In this document: one piece after another, positions 38,021 to 52,311 of the stretch
How positions within the stretch are numbered: the first letter of the stretch is position 1
How the letters are laid out: each line of letters opens with the position of its first letter
Assembly (NCBI GenBank): GCA_963514005.1
Contig: OY740789.1
Span: 24,676,001 to 24,740,000 of the forward strand
Source of the DNA: Raja brachyura
Lineage: Eukaryota
Reading direction: 5' to 3'
Length of the DNA: 64,000 nucleotides
Program-made: the position numbers and the translations under genes
Notes under the pieces: model-generated
The model's input: only the letters and a program-made list of their open reading frames with translations
What the model was told of the DNA's origin: nothing
Databases searched by the model: none

Positions 38021-39572
38021 CACCTTGTCCTATATTGCCTTCACAGTTTACTCTATATAGTCATATCGTCAATTTGATTGATAATGTAAGATTGTGGGGG
38101 ATTTTGACAGGATGGATGTGAAGGGGATATTTTCTCTTGTGGTCAGGAGAAAGTTAAAATCCCCTACTATGATAACCCCATTAGCCTTGTCGCTGTCCGC
38201 AATCTGCCTTCCTCCAATTCCCATTGACATCTTTGGGGGTCTTTGGTACAATTGAAAAAAGGTGATCATCCTTTTTTTTTTTGAATTTCTTAGCTCCGCC
38301 CACATAGCCTTGCTGGAGGATCCTACAGTAATGTCATCTCAGACTGCTGCCATGACATTTTCCTTCATCAGGGCAAGACCTTCGTAGTGAAAGGTATCCT
38401 AGGAAGGGTTGTAGAGTAGAAGGATCTAGGAGTACAAGTACATAGTTCACTGAAAGTGGCATCGCAAGTAGATAGGGTCTTGGAGAAGTTTTGTTTTGCT
38501 GGCCTTCATCCATCTGATTATAGAATATAGAAGTTGGGATGTTAAATTACAGATGTACAAGAATTTGGTGAAACTTCACTTGGAGTAACTGTTCACACTG
38601 TATTAGGAAAGATCCCCTTGAGCTGAAAATAGAGCTGAAAAGATTTACAAGAATGTTCCTCTACCCCCACCTCCCACCCCTCCTCCTCCAGGCAGAAAAA
38701 ACAAAGATTTTAGATTTAAGCTAAGAGGGGAAATATTTATTGGGAGCCTGAGAGACAACAAGGGTGATGAATGAATGGAATAAGCTGCCAGAAGTAGCTG
38801 AAGCACGTACAATAACAACATTTAAAAGACATTTTGACAGGTACATGGATAGGATTGTTTTATCGGGCTATGAGCCAGACCCAGGCAAATGGGACAAGCA
38901 TCTTGGTCAGCAAAGTTGAATTGGGCTGAAGGGCCTGCTTCTGTGCTGTATGACTATGACTCAATAACACTGTATTCATAACACAATATTCTGGATTCAG
39001 TTTTCTTTTTCTTTTGCATTAACTGTTGGACTCGTGCACAGTACAATTTGTCTGGATAGAATGGAAATGAGCGTTTTTCATTGCAGCTTGTCGCACAGGA
39101 CAATAATAAACCAATACCAATAGTAAGAATGTGGAGGCTTTGGAGAAGCATAAGATATTTATCAAGTTGTTGCCCGGATTGAAGTATATTTGCTGATGGA
39201 GAAGTTGTACAAGTTGAATTGAATCTGAAGCTTCTGAGGCTAAAGAAACAACACGAAAGAAGTGTATGCCTCTCATAATTTTATAGTCAGAGTAGGAGTC
39301 AGTCTTTTTCCCCAGTGTTGAGCTGTGAAATATTGGAGGGAAAAGGTTTATGGTGAGGGTGTGAAAGTCTAAAGGAGATATGCAAGGTAAGTTTAAAAAA
39401 AAGTGGTAGATGCCTGGAACGTGCTGCCAAAGTGGTAGAAGCAAATATAATAGCAATTTAGACAGAACAGGCAGGGAATATAAGGATCATGTGCAGGTAG
39501 ATGACATTCGTTCAGGGTGGGTGTAGACATGTTGGACCAAAGGTGTTCTTATGTTGATTTATGTTTCTATGA
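38020..39572. mobile_element. Cluster of degenerate CR1 fragments (minus 38020-38380; plus 38385-38960, 39120-39572)
   Basis: IIVGDFNF endonuclease motif (minus); 3' end ctgtgctgtatgactatgact (plus). Confidence 0.72.
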
Positions 39573-40039
39573 TTTTGTTCCAGGACTGGCCAACTTCCAG
39601 ATATATGGTTTTGAGACAGAAGGCACTCCCCATGTGAATAACCATGTATGTTATTTTTTAATAGCTGAACACATGGTATTTGCTGCCAAGGAACTACTTA
39701 AGCACCGGGAGATTAATTTTGCCAGGATGAGATCTCAATTCCTCAGAAGAGAATTAATATTGTGGACTGTTTTATAAATAGGATTATTAAGCAAGTTAAA
39801 ATGCAAATAGCCATAGAAATAATGGATTCCAAAACAATTGTGGCTTAAAAGTCACACAGCTAAACAATAAAAGATTAACAATACTTTATAAGACATTTTG
39901 CCTTTATATTTGGATTAGATCTGGAAAAGGATTTCTGATAACTTACTGCGAATTCTTTTTTGTGTGCATGACATATTTTAAAAACTAATTATGCAATTGG
40001 GATACATTAAGAGTTTGCACAACTGCTGGAAGTTATGAA

Positions 40040-40187
40040 AGGCACAAAATGCTGGAGGCAGCATCTCTGGCGAGAAGGAATGGGTGACATTTCAGGTCGA
40101 GACCCTTCTCCTGCCGAGTTCCTCCAGCATTTGTTGTGTCCATCTTCCGTTTAAACCAGCATCTGCAATTCCTTCCTAACATTTTGT
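40040..40187. mobile_element. Palindromic Penelope-end dimer with 17-bp TSD
   Basis: TSD ctgctggaagttatgaa at 40023-40039 and 40188-40204. Confidence 0.8.
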
Positions 40188-40481
40188 CTGCTGGAAGTTA
40201 TGAATCCATATAGACACATTTGATATTTAGAGATATTTTCTTCATGAATCTTGTGACCATTCTCTATATGTTTATGAATATGATAGCCATTGTCCTCCAA
40301 ACCTACAGTTTAGCTCCACCAATGCTTGACTCATAAAATTAACCCTTATGTTTTTTTAAAATATACAAACTTACATCATAGTGAAATAATCACTTTCTTT
40401 CCCCGTTGTCATTTAGGCCGATGAGCCTTAATGTTGTCTTTTATAAAATGTTGCCTCGTCATCGATGTTTGGTCCAAGAGG

Positions 40482-41000
40482 CTGAATACAGGTGCTATGG
40501 ATGCTCCACAAAAATGCATCCTCAGCCCCTTACTATACTCCTTATCCATTCACAACAATGCAGCAACATTCTGCTCTAACTCCATTTACAAATTTGCGGA
40601 TGACACCACTGCAGTGGGTCAGACCTTGAACAACAATGAGACGGAGTATAGAAAGGAGATAGAGCGCTTAGTAACATGGTTTCAAGACAACAACCTCTCC
40701 ATCAATGTCAGTAAGATGAAGGAGCTAATCATTGACATCCGGGAACATGGACTGGTTTGGTGACTGCTTTACCTAAGATCACAAGAAATTAGAAAGCTGT
40801 GAATGCAGCCCAGTCCATCACACAAACATGCTTCCCTCCCAATCACTTCAGGAATGCAGTCAACAAAATCAAGGACCACATATAACCTAGTAATTCCATT
40901 TTCTCCCTTCAAGCAGAAGTTACAAAAGCTTGAAACCACCTACCACTAGATTCAGGAGCAGCGTCTTCCTTGCTGTTATCAGCTACTTAACCATCCTCCC
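40482..41000 (+). mobile_element. Rex1/Babar RT fragment
   Basis: LSPLLYSL..., KFADDTT.VG...NETEYRKEI..LV.W.QDNNLS.NVSK.KELI.D. Confidence 0.85.
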
Positions 41001-41399
41001 ATGAACGAAGGGTGTAGTCCTGATCTCCCAACCTCTCTCATTCTGGCTATGGCACATTTAAAAAAAACAGATTCCAGCATGTGCATTTTTTTTGTGTCTC
41101 CATAAAGAGAAGTGGAGAGCTTATTGAAGAGGAAAGTACTGAATTAAAAGATAAAAGAGAAATGCAGGAGAAAGCATAAAAAGGCTTTTAAAGTGTCACC
41201 ATTGGTGCAATGGACTGCATTGCCACTTTGCTTGAAAGAGGTTTCTAAGTTATACAACACATTTTAAGAGGCCCGTTCCCATACAAACAGCAAGAAGCAC
41301 TCCATGGCCTGAGCTGAGAAACAAAATAAGAAACTAATACGACCTTTATCAGGTAACATGGGAGAAGCTCTTGTTTAATATGCAACTAACATTATAGTG

Positions 41400-41722
41400 A
41401 TAGAAGCCCTTCAGCCCAATTTGTCAATGTTGACCAAGACACCCCATCAACTGTATGTTAGTCCATCTGCCCCCAATTGACCCATAATCTTCCAAACCTT
41501 TCCTATTTCTTTTAAATCTTTCACCTGTCCAGATGTCTGTTAAATGCTATAATAATACCAGACTCAACTACCTCCTCTGGCAACCAGTTCCATATACCCA
41601 CCACCCTATGTGTGAATAGGTTACCTGTTAGGTTCCTGTTAAATCGTTCCCCTTTCATCTTAGACGCATGTGCTCTGGTTCTTGATTCCCCTACTCTGGG
41701 CAAAAGAATGCATTCACCCTAA
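41400..41722 (-). mobile_element. CR1 3' fragment
   Basis: PRVGESRTR...GERFNRNL.GNLFTHRVVGIWN.LPEEVV. Confidence 0.82.
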
Positions 41723-42111
41723 CTACTTCAAAGATTTTTTTTTTTAAATGCTATAATTGAAAGTGCTTGGGAATTCTAAAGTGTAGTAAACACACTGGTG
41801 GAAGAATTATGATTCAAATTGACTGAAACTATCTATAGCATCTCAGAAATTTGCCATTAAGCTTTATAGTGGCTGCAGTTAAATTGATATATTTGTGTTT
41901 AAACAGACTCACATAAAGTATTCCCTTTATACTGTTGGTGAAACAGAATTGAAGGTCTTGACTTTAGCATGTGATACAAGGGAGTTTTTTTAATTGCAGA
42001 GAAAGATGATGAAATATCAGACAAAGCATTGAAGAGGAAGTGAGTAATTTTCTGAGAATGGGAACAGCAGAGATGAGGTAAATGACGGCATAGCATTTGA
42101 CCAGCCTCTTA

Positions 42112-42673
42112 AGGGCCTGTCCCACTGCAGGGACATAATTTGTGAGTTTAGAAGAGTTTGCGCTCGACTCAAACTCACAGCATGGTCGACATGTGGTCCT
42201 AGGAGGTCAAATAACTCTCCTTCATGCTCAAGAGAAGTTCCCGCAAACTCGAGGCCTCAGTTTGGTCGAGGAGTATTTTTTAGCAGCTGAAAATTGTTCG
42301 CAAGTAAAAATTGGTCGGCATGGAAAAACAAAAACAAAAAAAAATTTTTTTTTACTTGTAGGTTTAGTCGAAGTAGGTCGGCATTTTGTTCGTAGGTAAT
42401 CAAAGGCAATCGAAGGTAGTCGTAGATAGTGTTAGTATAGTCAAAGGTGGTCGTGTTCATCTCCACTATTCAGTCCAACTTTCCCAAAGCCCGATAGTCG
42501 AAGGGGGTCTTCTACATAGTCGAAAGAGGTCTTCTACTTATTCGTAGGAGGTTCTCTGCATAATCGAAGGAGGTCGTAGGAGGTGTTCTACTTCGGCAAT
42601 ACAACAAGACCATGACACTTTTTAAAAACTCTCCTAAACTTGCAAATTAGGTTTCTGCAGTGGGACAGGCCCT
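42112..42673. mobile_element. PIF/Harbinger-like MITE
   Basis: TIR agggcctgtcccactgcag / ctgcagtgggacaggccct with TTA TSD on both sides. Confidence 0.88.
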
Positions 42674-43175
42674 TTAGCATTGTGGTGAGCTAATTTAGAA
42701 ACTTTATACGTGCAGCATATTGTTGTTAGCAAATTGGCTTATTAGAAAATGCAAGTGAACAGCTATCCAATTGCTATCCAATTGCTAACTTATTTAACAT
42801 GCGAAACACTATCTGCTCTTCACACCTAGTATCATGTCTCTTAGAGTTTACAGTCTTGTTGATTTATTCATGAGAGTCCTATTGAATATGTTGAACTGAT
42901 TACTGATGCATGTTTATCATGTTTATTGCAATCTATGATGCAATTTCAAAATTTTGAGTTTTTCATTTGCGAGGTTACAGTGGGAGGGACTAAACACCTC
43001 CTAGATGACAAGCAGCCAAGTAAAAATGCTTATTTTAAAAATATTTACTGATTTTATCTGGTGCAACTAACCTTCATATATGTGAGATATAGAAGTTGAT
43101 TGCACCACATGGTGGATTGCATATGGATTGGAATGAGATGCAATGACCTGGATGACCAAGTCATCAATATCTAAT

Positions 43176-43458
43176 CTAGTTTAGTTTAGTTTAGAGATGC
43201 AGTGTGAAAACAGGCCCTTTGGCCCACCAAGTCGATACAATGCAGCAATTCTTGCACACCAACACTATCATACACACACTAGGGCCAATCTACCACTGTA
43301 CCAAAGCCAATTAACATACAAACATTTACGTCTTTTGAGAGTGGGAGGAAACCGGACCACCTGGAGAAAATCCATGAAGACAGATATACAGCACCTGTAG
43401 TCTGGATTAAACCCAGGTCTCTGGCTCTGTAAGGCAGCAACTCTACCACTATACCATC
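43176..43458 (-). mobile_element. HE1-like SINE
   Basis: (AGTTT)n tail; antisense head ggtagagttgctgccttacag. Confidence 0.82.
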
Positions 43459-44499
43459 CTGATATTTGGGAATTAAAATGAACCATACAAAAAAAAACAT
43501 AATCAGCCCTCAGGACTAACTAGTGTTGAGTTCATAAATAACCCTAAGGTTTACCTCTGTCCATGGAGACTCGGTAAGAACAACATAAATAGTAGTACAA
43601 TGCTTTGATCAAGGAACTATTTGAGTCACTCCATAAGCAGGCAAGGAATAGGAGCAAGAACAGGCCATATAACACAGTGTGTCTGCTCTCACATTTGATA
43701 AGATCATGATGATCCAATAGCTCAGTTTAACTTTCGTCTCTAAACCCTGATCCCTCAATAGTACAAAAATCTATTTCAACTTAGAATACATTTAATGATC
43801 CAGGTAATTAATAGGATGTGGAATAACATAGAACTAGTCGAATGAGTGATCAATTGTCGGCACGGACATGGTGGGCCGAAGGGGCTGTTTCCATGCTGTT
43901 TCTTTCAAACAATTTCCGCTGAAATATATTTTTGGAAGCTTTATTCAGAGGCAGTGTGCCTTCAGAGGCACATCACTAGCTGTATAGTTTAACACAAGGG
44001 TTAGAGAAACCCAATTATGATGAATGGTCTTTGACTCAAAGTTAACTCTTGTTTATCTTCCCACAGATGCAGTCTGACCCACCGAGTATTTCCAGAGTTT
44101 TCTGTTTTTATTTTAGGTTGATCGAAGTCTGGTATTTGTTGGCAGCTTTGGTGATTCACTACAAACCAAGAGATGATCTTTGCCATCTTGTTTTGTTTTA
44201 GTATTTAGGAAGTATTTCTACATAAATTATGAATCTTATAGTACAACACAAGATAAACTTAACCCCGAGTGGAAAATCAAAAACCTGCAGCCGCTGAAAA
44301 TGTACATTTAAAAAGGCAAAGAAATGCTGGAAACACTCAGGTGATGATGAAGAAAGCGAAGAGAAAAGAACAAAGCTGGGTTACACTTCAGGTTTTAGTC
44401 CTTATTTTAAAATAGTGCCTTTGATCAGAAATGTTAACTATTTATTTGTCCACAGATCCTGCCTGGTCTGCTGTGTGTTAGAAATGTTAGCATTTCTCA

Positions 44500-46325
44500 G
44501 AGTGGAACTCAGAGTGCATTTGAATTAGCTTCCTAAAGCAAATATTATGGAGGCAAGTCGGAAACTGGTTATTTTGGATCTGATACTGGGCAATGAGTCA
44601 AGTTTACTAAATGATCTCCTGGGAAGGTGTAATCATGGCATGATTAAAATTGGCATTCAGTTTAACAGTGAGGACCAGATCTGAAACATTGTTAAATTGA
44701 AATAAGGAGAATTATAAGGGACTGAGGATTGAGTTGGATAAAGTGGACTAGGCAAATAGGTTGGCAATTAACACTGCGGACAAGAGAGTGGCAGACATTT
44801 AGGAAATTAAATAAGAGAAACGATTATGCACAGTTCTGGTCCTCCTGCTATGGAAAGGATGTCATTAATGGAAAGGATGCAAAAAAAAAAGGACGTTACT
44901 GGTCTGTAAGGAATGAGTTGTAAGGAGAGACTGGGTAGGTAAGGACTTCTTTTTCCTAGAGTCTAGGATGCTGAGAGTTGACCCTTGAGGTTTATAAAAA
45001 TAGATAAGATGAACAGCAACAGTATTTTCCTCAGGGTAGGGGAGTTTCAAACTGGAGGGCATAGGTTTAAGGTGAGAGGGGAAGATTTAGAAGAAGAGTC
45101 TCGATCTGAAACATCACCCATTCCTTCTATCTAGAGACGCTGCCCGTCCCTCTGAGTTACTCCAGCACTTTTTTGTCTATCCTCAATGGACCCAAGAGGC
45201 AACATCTTCTCACTGAAAGTGGCTTGTAGATGGAACTAGCTGCACAGGAAGTGGGAAAGACAGATACAATTATGACATTTAAAACACTAGAACAGGCATA
45301 CGGATACGGAAGGTTTGGAGGGATATGGGACAGGCACAGGCATGTGGAACTATTTTGGTTAGGCACCTCAGTGGCATGGGTCAAATTGGGCCAGAGGCCC
45401 TATTCTCTATGAATTAACTACTTTATATGAAGGAAGAGGTTAAAATGAATATAGGCCCTTTTGAGAATGTGGTTGGAGGAAATAGCTATGGGTAACAGAA
45501 AAGAACAGCAGAATTAAACCGATCAGACTTTATGATGGAAGAATCTCACTGATCAAATCTGGAATCACTGTCACCATGGCATTAGTATCAGGCAAACAAT
45601 GAGGAGGAAAGCTGTCAAGTCCTCTGGTTCCAAAGCATCCTAGAATCTTAAAAGTAGCTGAGACAGTGGTAACATTGGTTGTTATGTTCCACAAATCCTT
45701 AGGACTTTGAGTGGTACTGAGGAGTTGGAGAAATGTATCTGTGATACGAGTATTCAGAGTGTGGTTGGCAAAAAACAGGTAACCATAGACCAGTTAGCTC
45801 AACATCTATTATTGGACAAATGTTAGAATCTATCATGGAGGAACATTTAGAAGATCATGTTAGAGACAAAATGCTGGAGTAACTCAGCGGGACAGAGGAT
45901 CATAATCTGATCAAGCAGAATCAGGAAGGCTTCAAGAAGGGGAAAAGATATCTGACAACGTAAAGTTCTTTGAGGAAGTATTGGCCAGAGTGGATAGAGG
46001 TGAAGTGTTTCTTGCAATATATTTTGATTTTTAAAAAGTGATCAGCAAGATGCAACACTAATGGTTGCTTCACAAGATGGGAGCGAAATGGTAATATATT
46101 AACGTGGATAGAGAGTTGGCCAGAGCAAGAATTTCATTGTCCTATCTGAGACACATGACAATAAACTCTCTTGAACTTGAAACAAGTTGCAGGAAGCGGT
46201 GAGTGAGGTTAAGGCTATTTCCAGGTTGGTATCTGTAACCAGGCTGGTTGCTGCAAGTGAAGCTGTCTACAATATATACCAACAACTTAAAGGAAGGAAA
46301 CCAATGTTGTGCTGCCAGTTTTGAA
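44500..46325 (+). mobile_element. Highly decayed CR1 ORF2 with nested CR1 3' and Penelope ends
   Basis: ILDL.LGNE, NKENYKGL, NIGP.EN, GNHRPVSS, KFFEEV motifs in broken frames. Confidence 0.65.
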
Positions 46326-48699
46326 CATTCTTATTCAGCTGGGCCCTCCCAAAAGGCCACGGCTGTGGAAGCAGCTGTGAATTGTTCCAAAAGTGAGCTT
46401 TGCCTTTAGTGTTGCAAATGAACAGATGATGATTCAGTTAGGGGGCTCTATTCTATCTCTTAAAGCAACATGGTCGAAACATATCCTAGATTGCAAAATC
46501 ATTCCGATAACCTAAAATTGTGGGGGGAAAACAAACTGCTAGAAATTTGGGTGCGAGTGAGGGAGTGCTGTAGGGGAAAACCCTCAGCACATATTTTGCC
46601 ACATATTTTGGCCGATTGAAACACATAATGAATCATTATAATCACACGCGCAAAGATGCAATGAAAACTTTGTTCAAATCGTACCATACATTAGTACAAT
46701 CAAACCATACACTAGTGCAACAGGTAGTGCAAAAGAGAAAGGAAACAGTAAATAATTTAGTATCATTTGTTACAGAGAAAGTGCAGATTTAAAAAAATGT
46801 ATGGGCCGCAGCAATGTAGATTGGTAGATCGGGAACCTATCCTTGCACCATTATTTTCACTGTATAGGAAAGAGTCATTGTAATTCTGCTATAAAATCAT
46901 CTCATACAGAGTACACATAAAATTGTGCACTTTGAACAATGGATACCATGCATTTCGTTTGTTATCTGGACCCAAAGGGGTTTGTCCTGTTGAGCAATAT
47001 TGTGGAGACAAGACTCTTTATTGAGGTCTTCCCTGAAGCACCCCTCTGCTGGTATAAATATTAAAAATTCTAATCTTCTTCAAAGCATGGATGGCCTCAA
47101 ATCTTCATGGCAACAAGGCTATAATTGGCTGGTGCCGAATCAATGGCTCTGCACAAGGTTCTCATCTCACTCCAGTCAATTTCACCATAATCACTGTTTA
47201 CCAGAATACTTTAATTTTTATTTCAATTTAATGATATAGTTAAAATAAAAACATAACTATTTTAAGAGTTATATTTGAGACAAGAGCTAAATGTTTCATG
47301 TGATGCAAGTCTAATTATTCCAGACATGTAAATAATCCAGGGTTACACAAAAAGCTGGAGAAACTCAGCGGGTGCAGCAGCATCTAAGGAGCAAAGGAGA
47401 TGGGCGACGTTTCGGGTCGAGACCATCTCTTTGTACATTGGGGCATAGGTCTATGTACCTATGTATACGCCACAGACACCCAGCCAAGGAGGTTTGTGCT
47501 GTTTTATTCGATCATTCATTACATCATCTCCAAGAATCATCAACAGCTTCCCAACAACTTACTGGACTGGACTTGGCAATTCTGAGTAGGATGCATACAA
47601 GTCATGTGTCATCTTTTATCCTGAACTGTGGAAGGAAATGTATGTGGCCTGGGGAATGCAGGTAGTCGTGAATCACCAATTCAACTTATTTTTAACCCAG
47701 TCCTTTGTAAAATATCTTGTTTGAGCAAATATACAACTATCAAATGAAATAGAGCAGTTGGTAATGCTATATGTTGACAACACAATTAATTAATAATGAG
47801 AAATGGCCAACAAGTAATTCCAAGAAAACAAATTTCTAAATAACTTTCCTGCAGATATCCAAGTTTTATTTCATGACGTGCCTGGGTTGCGTCTGGATTG
47901 CTTGCTAAAATGTTAATTATCCCAACATCAAGTCTCCCACTTTCAGGTCCAAAATATTTGTACAATGAGGGGTAGCCAACCTTCTCCTGGAAGGTGGAAT
48001 GTCAAATTGTATATTTAATAATACTGGCACATTTCAACTTAGCTATATATTTTTTAACTCAATAGGTCAGACAGCTTCTGTGGAGGGAAATGGACTGACA
48101 ATATTATGGCTCATATTTCATGTGGACCCAAAACCCTGACCATTCTTTTTCCTCTGCTGATGCTGCCTAGCCCGTCGACTTCCTCCAGCATCTCATTTTA
48201 TACACCAGATTCCAACATCTGCATTCTCGTCTTTCCATTAGCCAACAGCATCACAGCAATGGCCTCTGCCGCAGAAAGTTCAGATATGCTTCCCCAGCTC
48301 CAAAACTCCCTGCAATCTGAATCCCCCTCACAGCTCCCATCCTCCCGCACAAAGACTCACAACATCACTGGCAGAAATTCACATCTCCCCAGTCTGGTGG
48401 TTATGGTTTGAATCTACCCAGTGCGTAGACTACTTGTTTGGCTGGAAGTTCAGTCTTTCAGTCAAGCAGGTTGTTGGGAAGGAAGTCTTTCAGGGAATAC
48501 TTAGGGCTACCAACTCTCACGCTTTGAGAATAACGCATTTTGACAAATTCTCATGCCCTCATGCTCTGTTGTGAGAAATTCTGTGATCAACGAAAATTTC
48601 AAAACTCATAAACTGCATGACTCTGGTAGATTTCAATCACACCGCTCGCCTGATTTCACAACTCTCCAGAAATGTTTTCCATGCAGTTTATGCAATTTA

Positions 48700-50297
48700 A
48701 CAGAAGGAAACAAAACGGGCAATAAGTATGAAGGGAAGTTGGCCAGGAATATAAAGAAGGACAGTAAAAGCCTCTTTAGATATGTTAAGGGAAAAAGAGT
48801 AGCAAACTCAAATGTGGGTCCCTTGAAGATTGACATGGGTGAAATTATTATGGGCAACAAGGAAATGGCAGAAGAGTTGAATAGGTACTTCGGATCTGTC
48901 TTCACTAAGGAAGGCACAAACAATCTCCCAGATGTACTGGAGGACAGAGAATCTAAGGGGGTAGAGAAACTGAAAGAAATTTTCATTAGGCGAGAAATAT
49001 TGGGTAGGCTAATGGGACTGAAGGATGTTAAATCCCCTGGGCCTGATGGTCTCAGGGAGGTGGCTCTACAAATAGTGGACGCATTGGTGATCATTTTCCA
49101 ATGTTCAATAGATTCAGGATCAGTTCCTGTGGATTGGAGGATAGCTAATGTTATCTTACTTTTCAAGAAAGGAGCGATAGAGAACACGGGGAATTACAGA
49201 CCAGTTAGTCTGACTTCGGTGGTGGGAAAGATGCTGGAGTCAATTATTAAAGAGGTAATAATGGTGCATTTGGATAACAGTAAAAGGATTAGTCCAAGTC
49301 AACATGAATTTATGAAAGGGAAATCATGCTTGACTAATCCTCTGGAATTTTTTGAGGATGTGACAAGTTAAATGGATGAAGGGGTGCCAGTGGATGTAGT
49401 GTATCTAGACTTTCAGAAAGTCTTTGATAAGGTCCCTCACGGGAGACTGGTGACTAAAATTAGAGCACATGTTATTGGGGGTAGGGTGTTGACATGGCTA
49501 GAAAATCAGTTGGCAGAGCGGAAGCAAAGAGTAGGAGAGAACGGGTCCTTTTCAGAATGACAGGCAGTGGCGAGTGGAGTGCCGCAAGGCTCGGTGTTGG
49601 GGCCGCAACTGTTTACTATATATATTAATGATTTGGAAGAGGGATTTGGAACAACTAGCAAATTTGCGGATGACACAAAGCTGGGTGGCAGTGTGAACTG
49701 TAAAGAGGATGTTAGAAGATTGCAGGGTTACCTGGACAGGTAGAGTGAGTGGGCAGATGCGTGGCAGATACAGTCTGAGGAAAGACATTCTTGCCATAGA
49801 GGGGGTACAGAGAAGATTCACCAGACTGGGATGTCAGGACTTTCATATGAGGAAAGACTGGATCGACTCGGCTTGTACTCGCTGGAATTTAGAAGATTGA
49901 GAGGGGATCTTATAGAAACTTACAAAATTCTTAAGGGGTTGGACAAGCTAGATGCTGGAAGATTGTTCCCGATGTTGGGGAAGTCCAGAACAAGGGGTCA
50001 CAGTCTAAGGATAAGGGGGAATTCCTTTAGGACCGAGATGAGGAAAACATTCTTTACACAGGGAGTGGTGAGTCTCTGGAATTCTCTGCCACAGAAGGTA
50101 GTTGAGGCCAGTTCATTGGCTATATTTAAGAGGGCGTTAGATGTGGCACTTGTGGCTAAAGGGATCAGAGGGTATGGAGAGAAGGCAGGTACGGGATACT
50201 GAGTTGGATGATCAGCCATGATCACATTGAATGGCGGTGCAGGCTCGAAGGACCGAATGGCCCCCCCGCACCTATTTTCTATGTTTCTATGTTTCTG
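48700..50297 (+). mobile_element. CR1 ORF2 long fragment with internal deletion and 3' tail
   Basis: GNYRPVSLTSVVGKMLES, DFQKVFDKVPH, FADDTKL, tail (CTATGTTT)n. Confidence 0.93.
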
Positions 50298-50494
50298 TGC
50301 ATGGGCCGCGGGTGTTGGAGACCCGGGGCTGATGGAGGGATGGAAGCAGAACCTGCGGCGGGGATAAATGCGGGGAGCAGGCTGGCGAGTGTTTGAGGGG
50401 CTGACGAGTCGCTTGCTGCAGCTCCGGCCATGGAGTGGCCCCAATGCAAGGGTCACGGGCTGTCGGAAGCATCGGAAGAGTTGTGCCGCTACCG

Positions 50495-51272
50495 TGGGAG
50501 GGGGAGAGAGAGAAGGGAAGGAGACAGGGAGACAGGGGGGAGAGAGAGGGGGTGAGAGAGGGGAGAGAATGGGGAGAGAGGAGGGAGATGGGGAAGAGAG
50601 AGTGGAGAGGGGGGGGAAGAGAGTTTGGGGAAAGAGAGGGGAGAGAAAGTTAGGGGAGAGAAAGTTAGGGGAGAGAAAGTTAGGGGAGAGGGGGAGAGGG
50701 GAAGGTGGAGAGAAAGGAGAGAGGAGGCGTGAGAGAGGGGGAGAGTGAGGTGAGGGGAGAGAGGGGAAAGAGAGAGGGAGAGGGAGAAAGAATGGAGAGA
50801 CGGGAAGAGAGAAGATAGGGAAGGGGAGAGAGAGGGGGGGAGACAGGGGAGGGAGAGAGGGGGTGAGAGGAGAGAGAGAGAGAGACCAGAAAGAGAGGGG
50901 AGAGAGAGAGATGGAGGGGAGAGAGGGGGTGAGAGGAGANNNNNNNNNNNNNNNNNNNNNNNNNNNNNNNNNNNNNNNNNNNNNNNNNNNNNNNNNNNNN
51001 NNNNNNNNNNNNNNNNNNNNNNNNNNNNNNNNNNNNNNNNNNNNNNNNNNNNNNNNNNNNNNNNNNNNNNNNNNNNNNNNNNNNNNNNNNNNNNNNNNNN
51101 NNNNNNNNNNNNNNNNNNNNNNNNNNNNNNNNNNNGGGTGGAGAGGGGGGGTGGAGAGGGGGGGGGAGAGGGGGGGGGAGAGGGGGGTGGAGAGGGGGGT
51201 GGAGAGGGGGGGGGGAGAGGGGGGGGGAGAGGGGGGGGGAGAGAGGGGGAGAGAGGGGGGGAGAGAGGAGGA
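50495..51272. repeat. Polypurine (GA-rich) low-complexity tract containing a 196-N assembly gap (50940-51135)
   Basis: Directly visible. Confidence 0.97.
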
Positions 51273-51771
51273 TTACAGAGGCAGGGCTTCCAACTCCCAT
51301 GCATTGAGCATGAGAATCACGCATTTTGACAAATTCTCACGCTGATCACAAATTTCTTACGCTCTGTCGTGAGAAATTCTGTGATCAACGAAAATTTCAA
51401 AACTAATATCAACTGCATGGGCCATGGGAGTTGGAAGCAGAAGCAGCGACGGGGATAGGTGCGTACGGGGAGCGGGGATGGCGAGTGTTTGCCGGGCTGG
51501 CAAGTCGCTCGCTGCAACTCCAGCCATGGAGCAGCCTCAGGGTAAGAGTCCCGGGCTGTCGGAGGTGTTGGAAGCGTTGTGCCGCTGCCGTGAGAGTCTC
51601 TGTGCCAAATTCTCCCAGGTGACCAGCATGGATGCTGGAGGACAACCAGTGGCTGCTGGAAGTAAGTACCAATCATTGGGTAGAAATGGTGGAAGATAGT
51701 GGACTTCAAATGGGAGTGGTTGGAGAAATCCTCATGCTAGATTTTCACTTACTGTAACTGCAGGAAAAATG

Positions 51772-52103
51772 GTCCCAATGTTGGGGGAGTTGAGAACCAG
51801 GGGTCACAGTTTAAGAATAAAGGGTAGGCCAGTTCGGACTGAGATGAAGACAAACTTTCTTCACCCAGAGAGTTGTGAATCTGTGGAATTCTCTGCCACA
51901 GAAGGCAGTGCAGGCCAATTCACTGGATGTTTTTAAGGGAGAGTTACATTTAGTTCTTGGGGCTAATGAAATCAAGGGATATGGGGAAAAAACCCGGAAA
52001 GAGGTACTGATTTTAGATGAATAGCCATGATCATATTGAATGGCAGTGCTGGCTCGAAGGGCCGAATGGCCTATTCCTGCACCTATTTTCTATGTTACTA
52101 TGC
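51772..52103 (+). mobile_element. CR1 3' fragment
   Basis: RGHSLRI.G..., tail ttctatgttactatg. Confidence 0.88.
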
Positions 52104-52274
52104 TTGAGTATATGGCAATAAAACTCAATCATGATTTTGAAGCATTCACTATTGTCATTTGACAGGTTGAATAGAAATGTCCCCAATATCGTTGTTTTAT
52201 TAATAGTGAGATTAAACGAGAACTTACCTGTTCGAAGTTTGATCTTTATTTTATGAGGAGTTACGATGAGGGAT

Positions 52275-52311
52275 TACGTGAAGAAGACCCCGCCTGGCGC
52301 TGGAACGGCAT
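52275..52311. repeat. DIRS right ITR core (37 bp)
   Basis: tacgtgaagaagaccccgcctggcgctggaacggcat is the exact reverse complement of 57049-57085. Confidence 0.95.

Larger units (their letters stand above)
48503..51610 (+). repeat. Two related copies of an unclassified repeat (48503-48700 + 50300-50490; 51282-51610)
   Basis: Shared agggct.ccaact...cgcattttgacaaattctca...gtgatcaacgaaaatttcaaaact and shared GC-rich block. Confidence 0.65.

Noticed and set aside
40417-40491. Exon candidate PMSLNVVFYKMLPRHRCLVQEAEY
   Set aside because: Putative donor lies in the Rex1 NTGAPQ remnant and is weak
48553-49371. 272-aa ORF as a host gene
   Set aside because: Chimera of a repeat and CR1 ORF2, ending at a premature stop
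50641-50690. TTAGGG motifs as interstitial telomere
   Set aside because: Three 15-bp units each with one TTAGGG; not a telomeric array
50368-51345. Long Pro/Ser/Leu and Gly/Glu/Arg ORFs
   Set aside because: Low-complexity tract spanning an N gap
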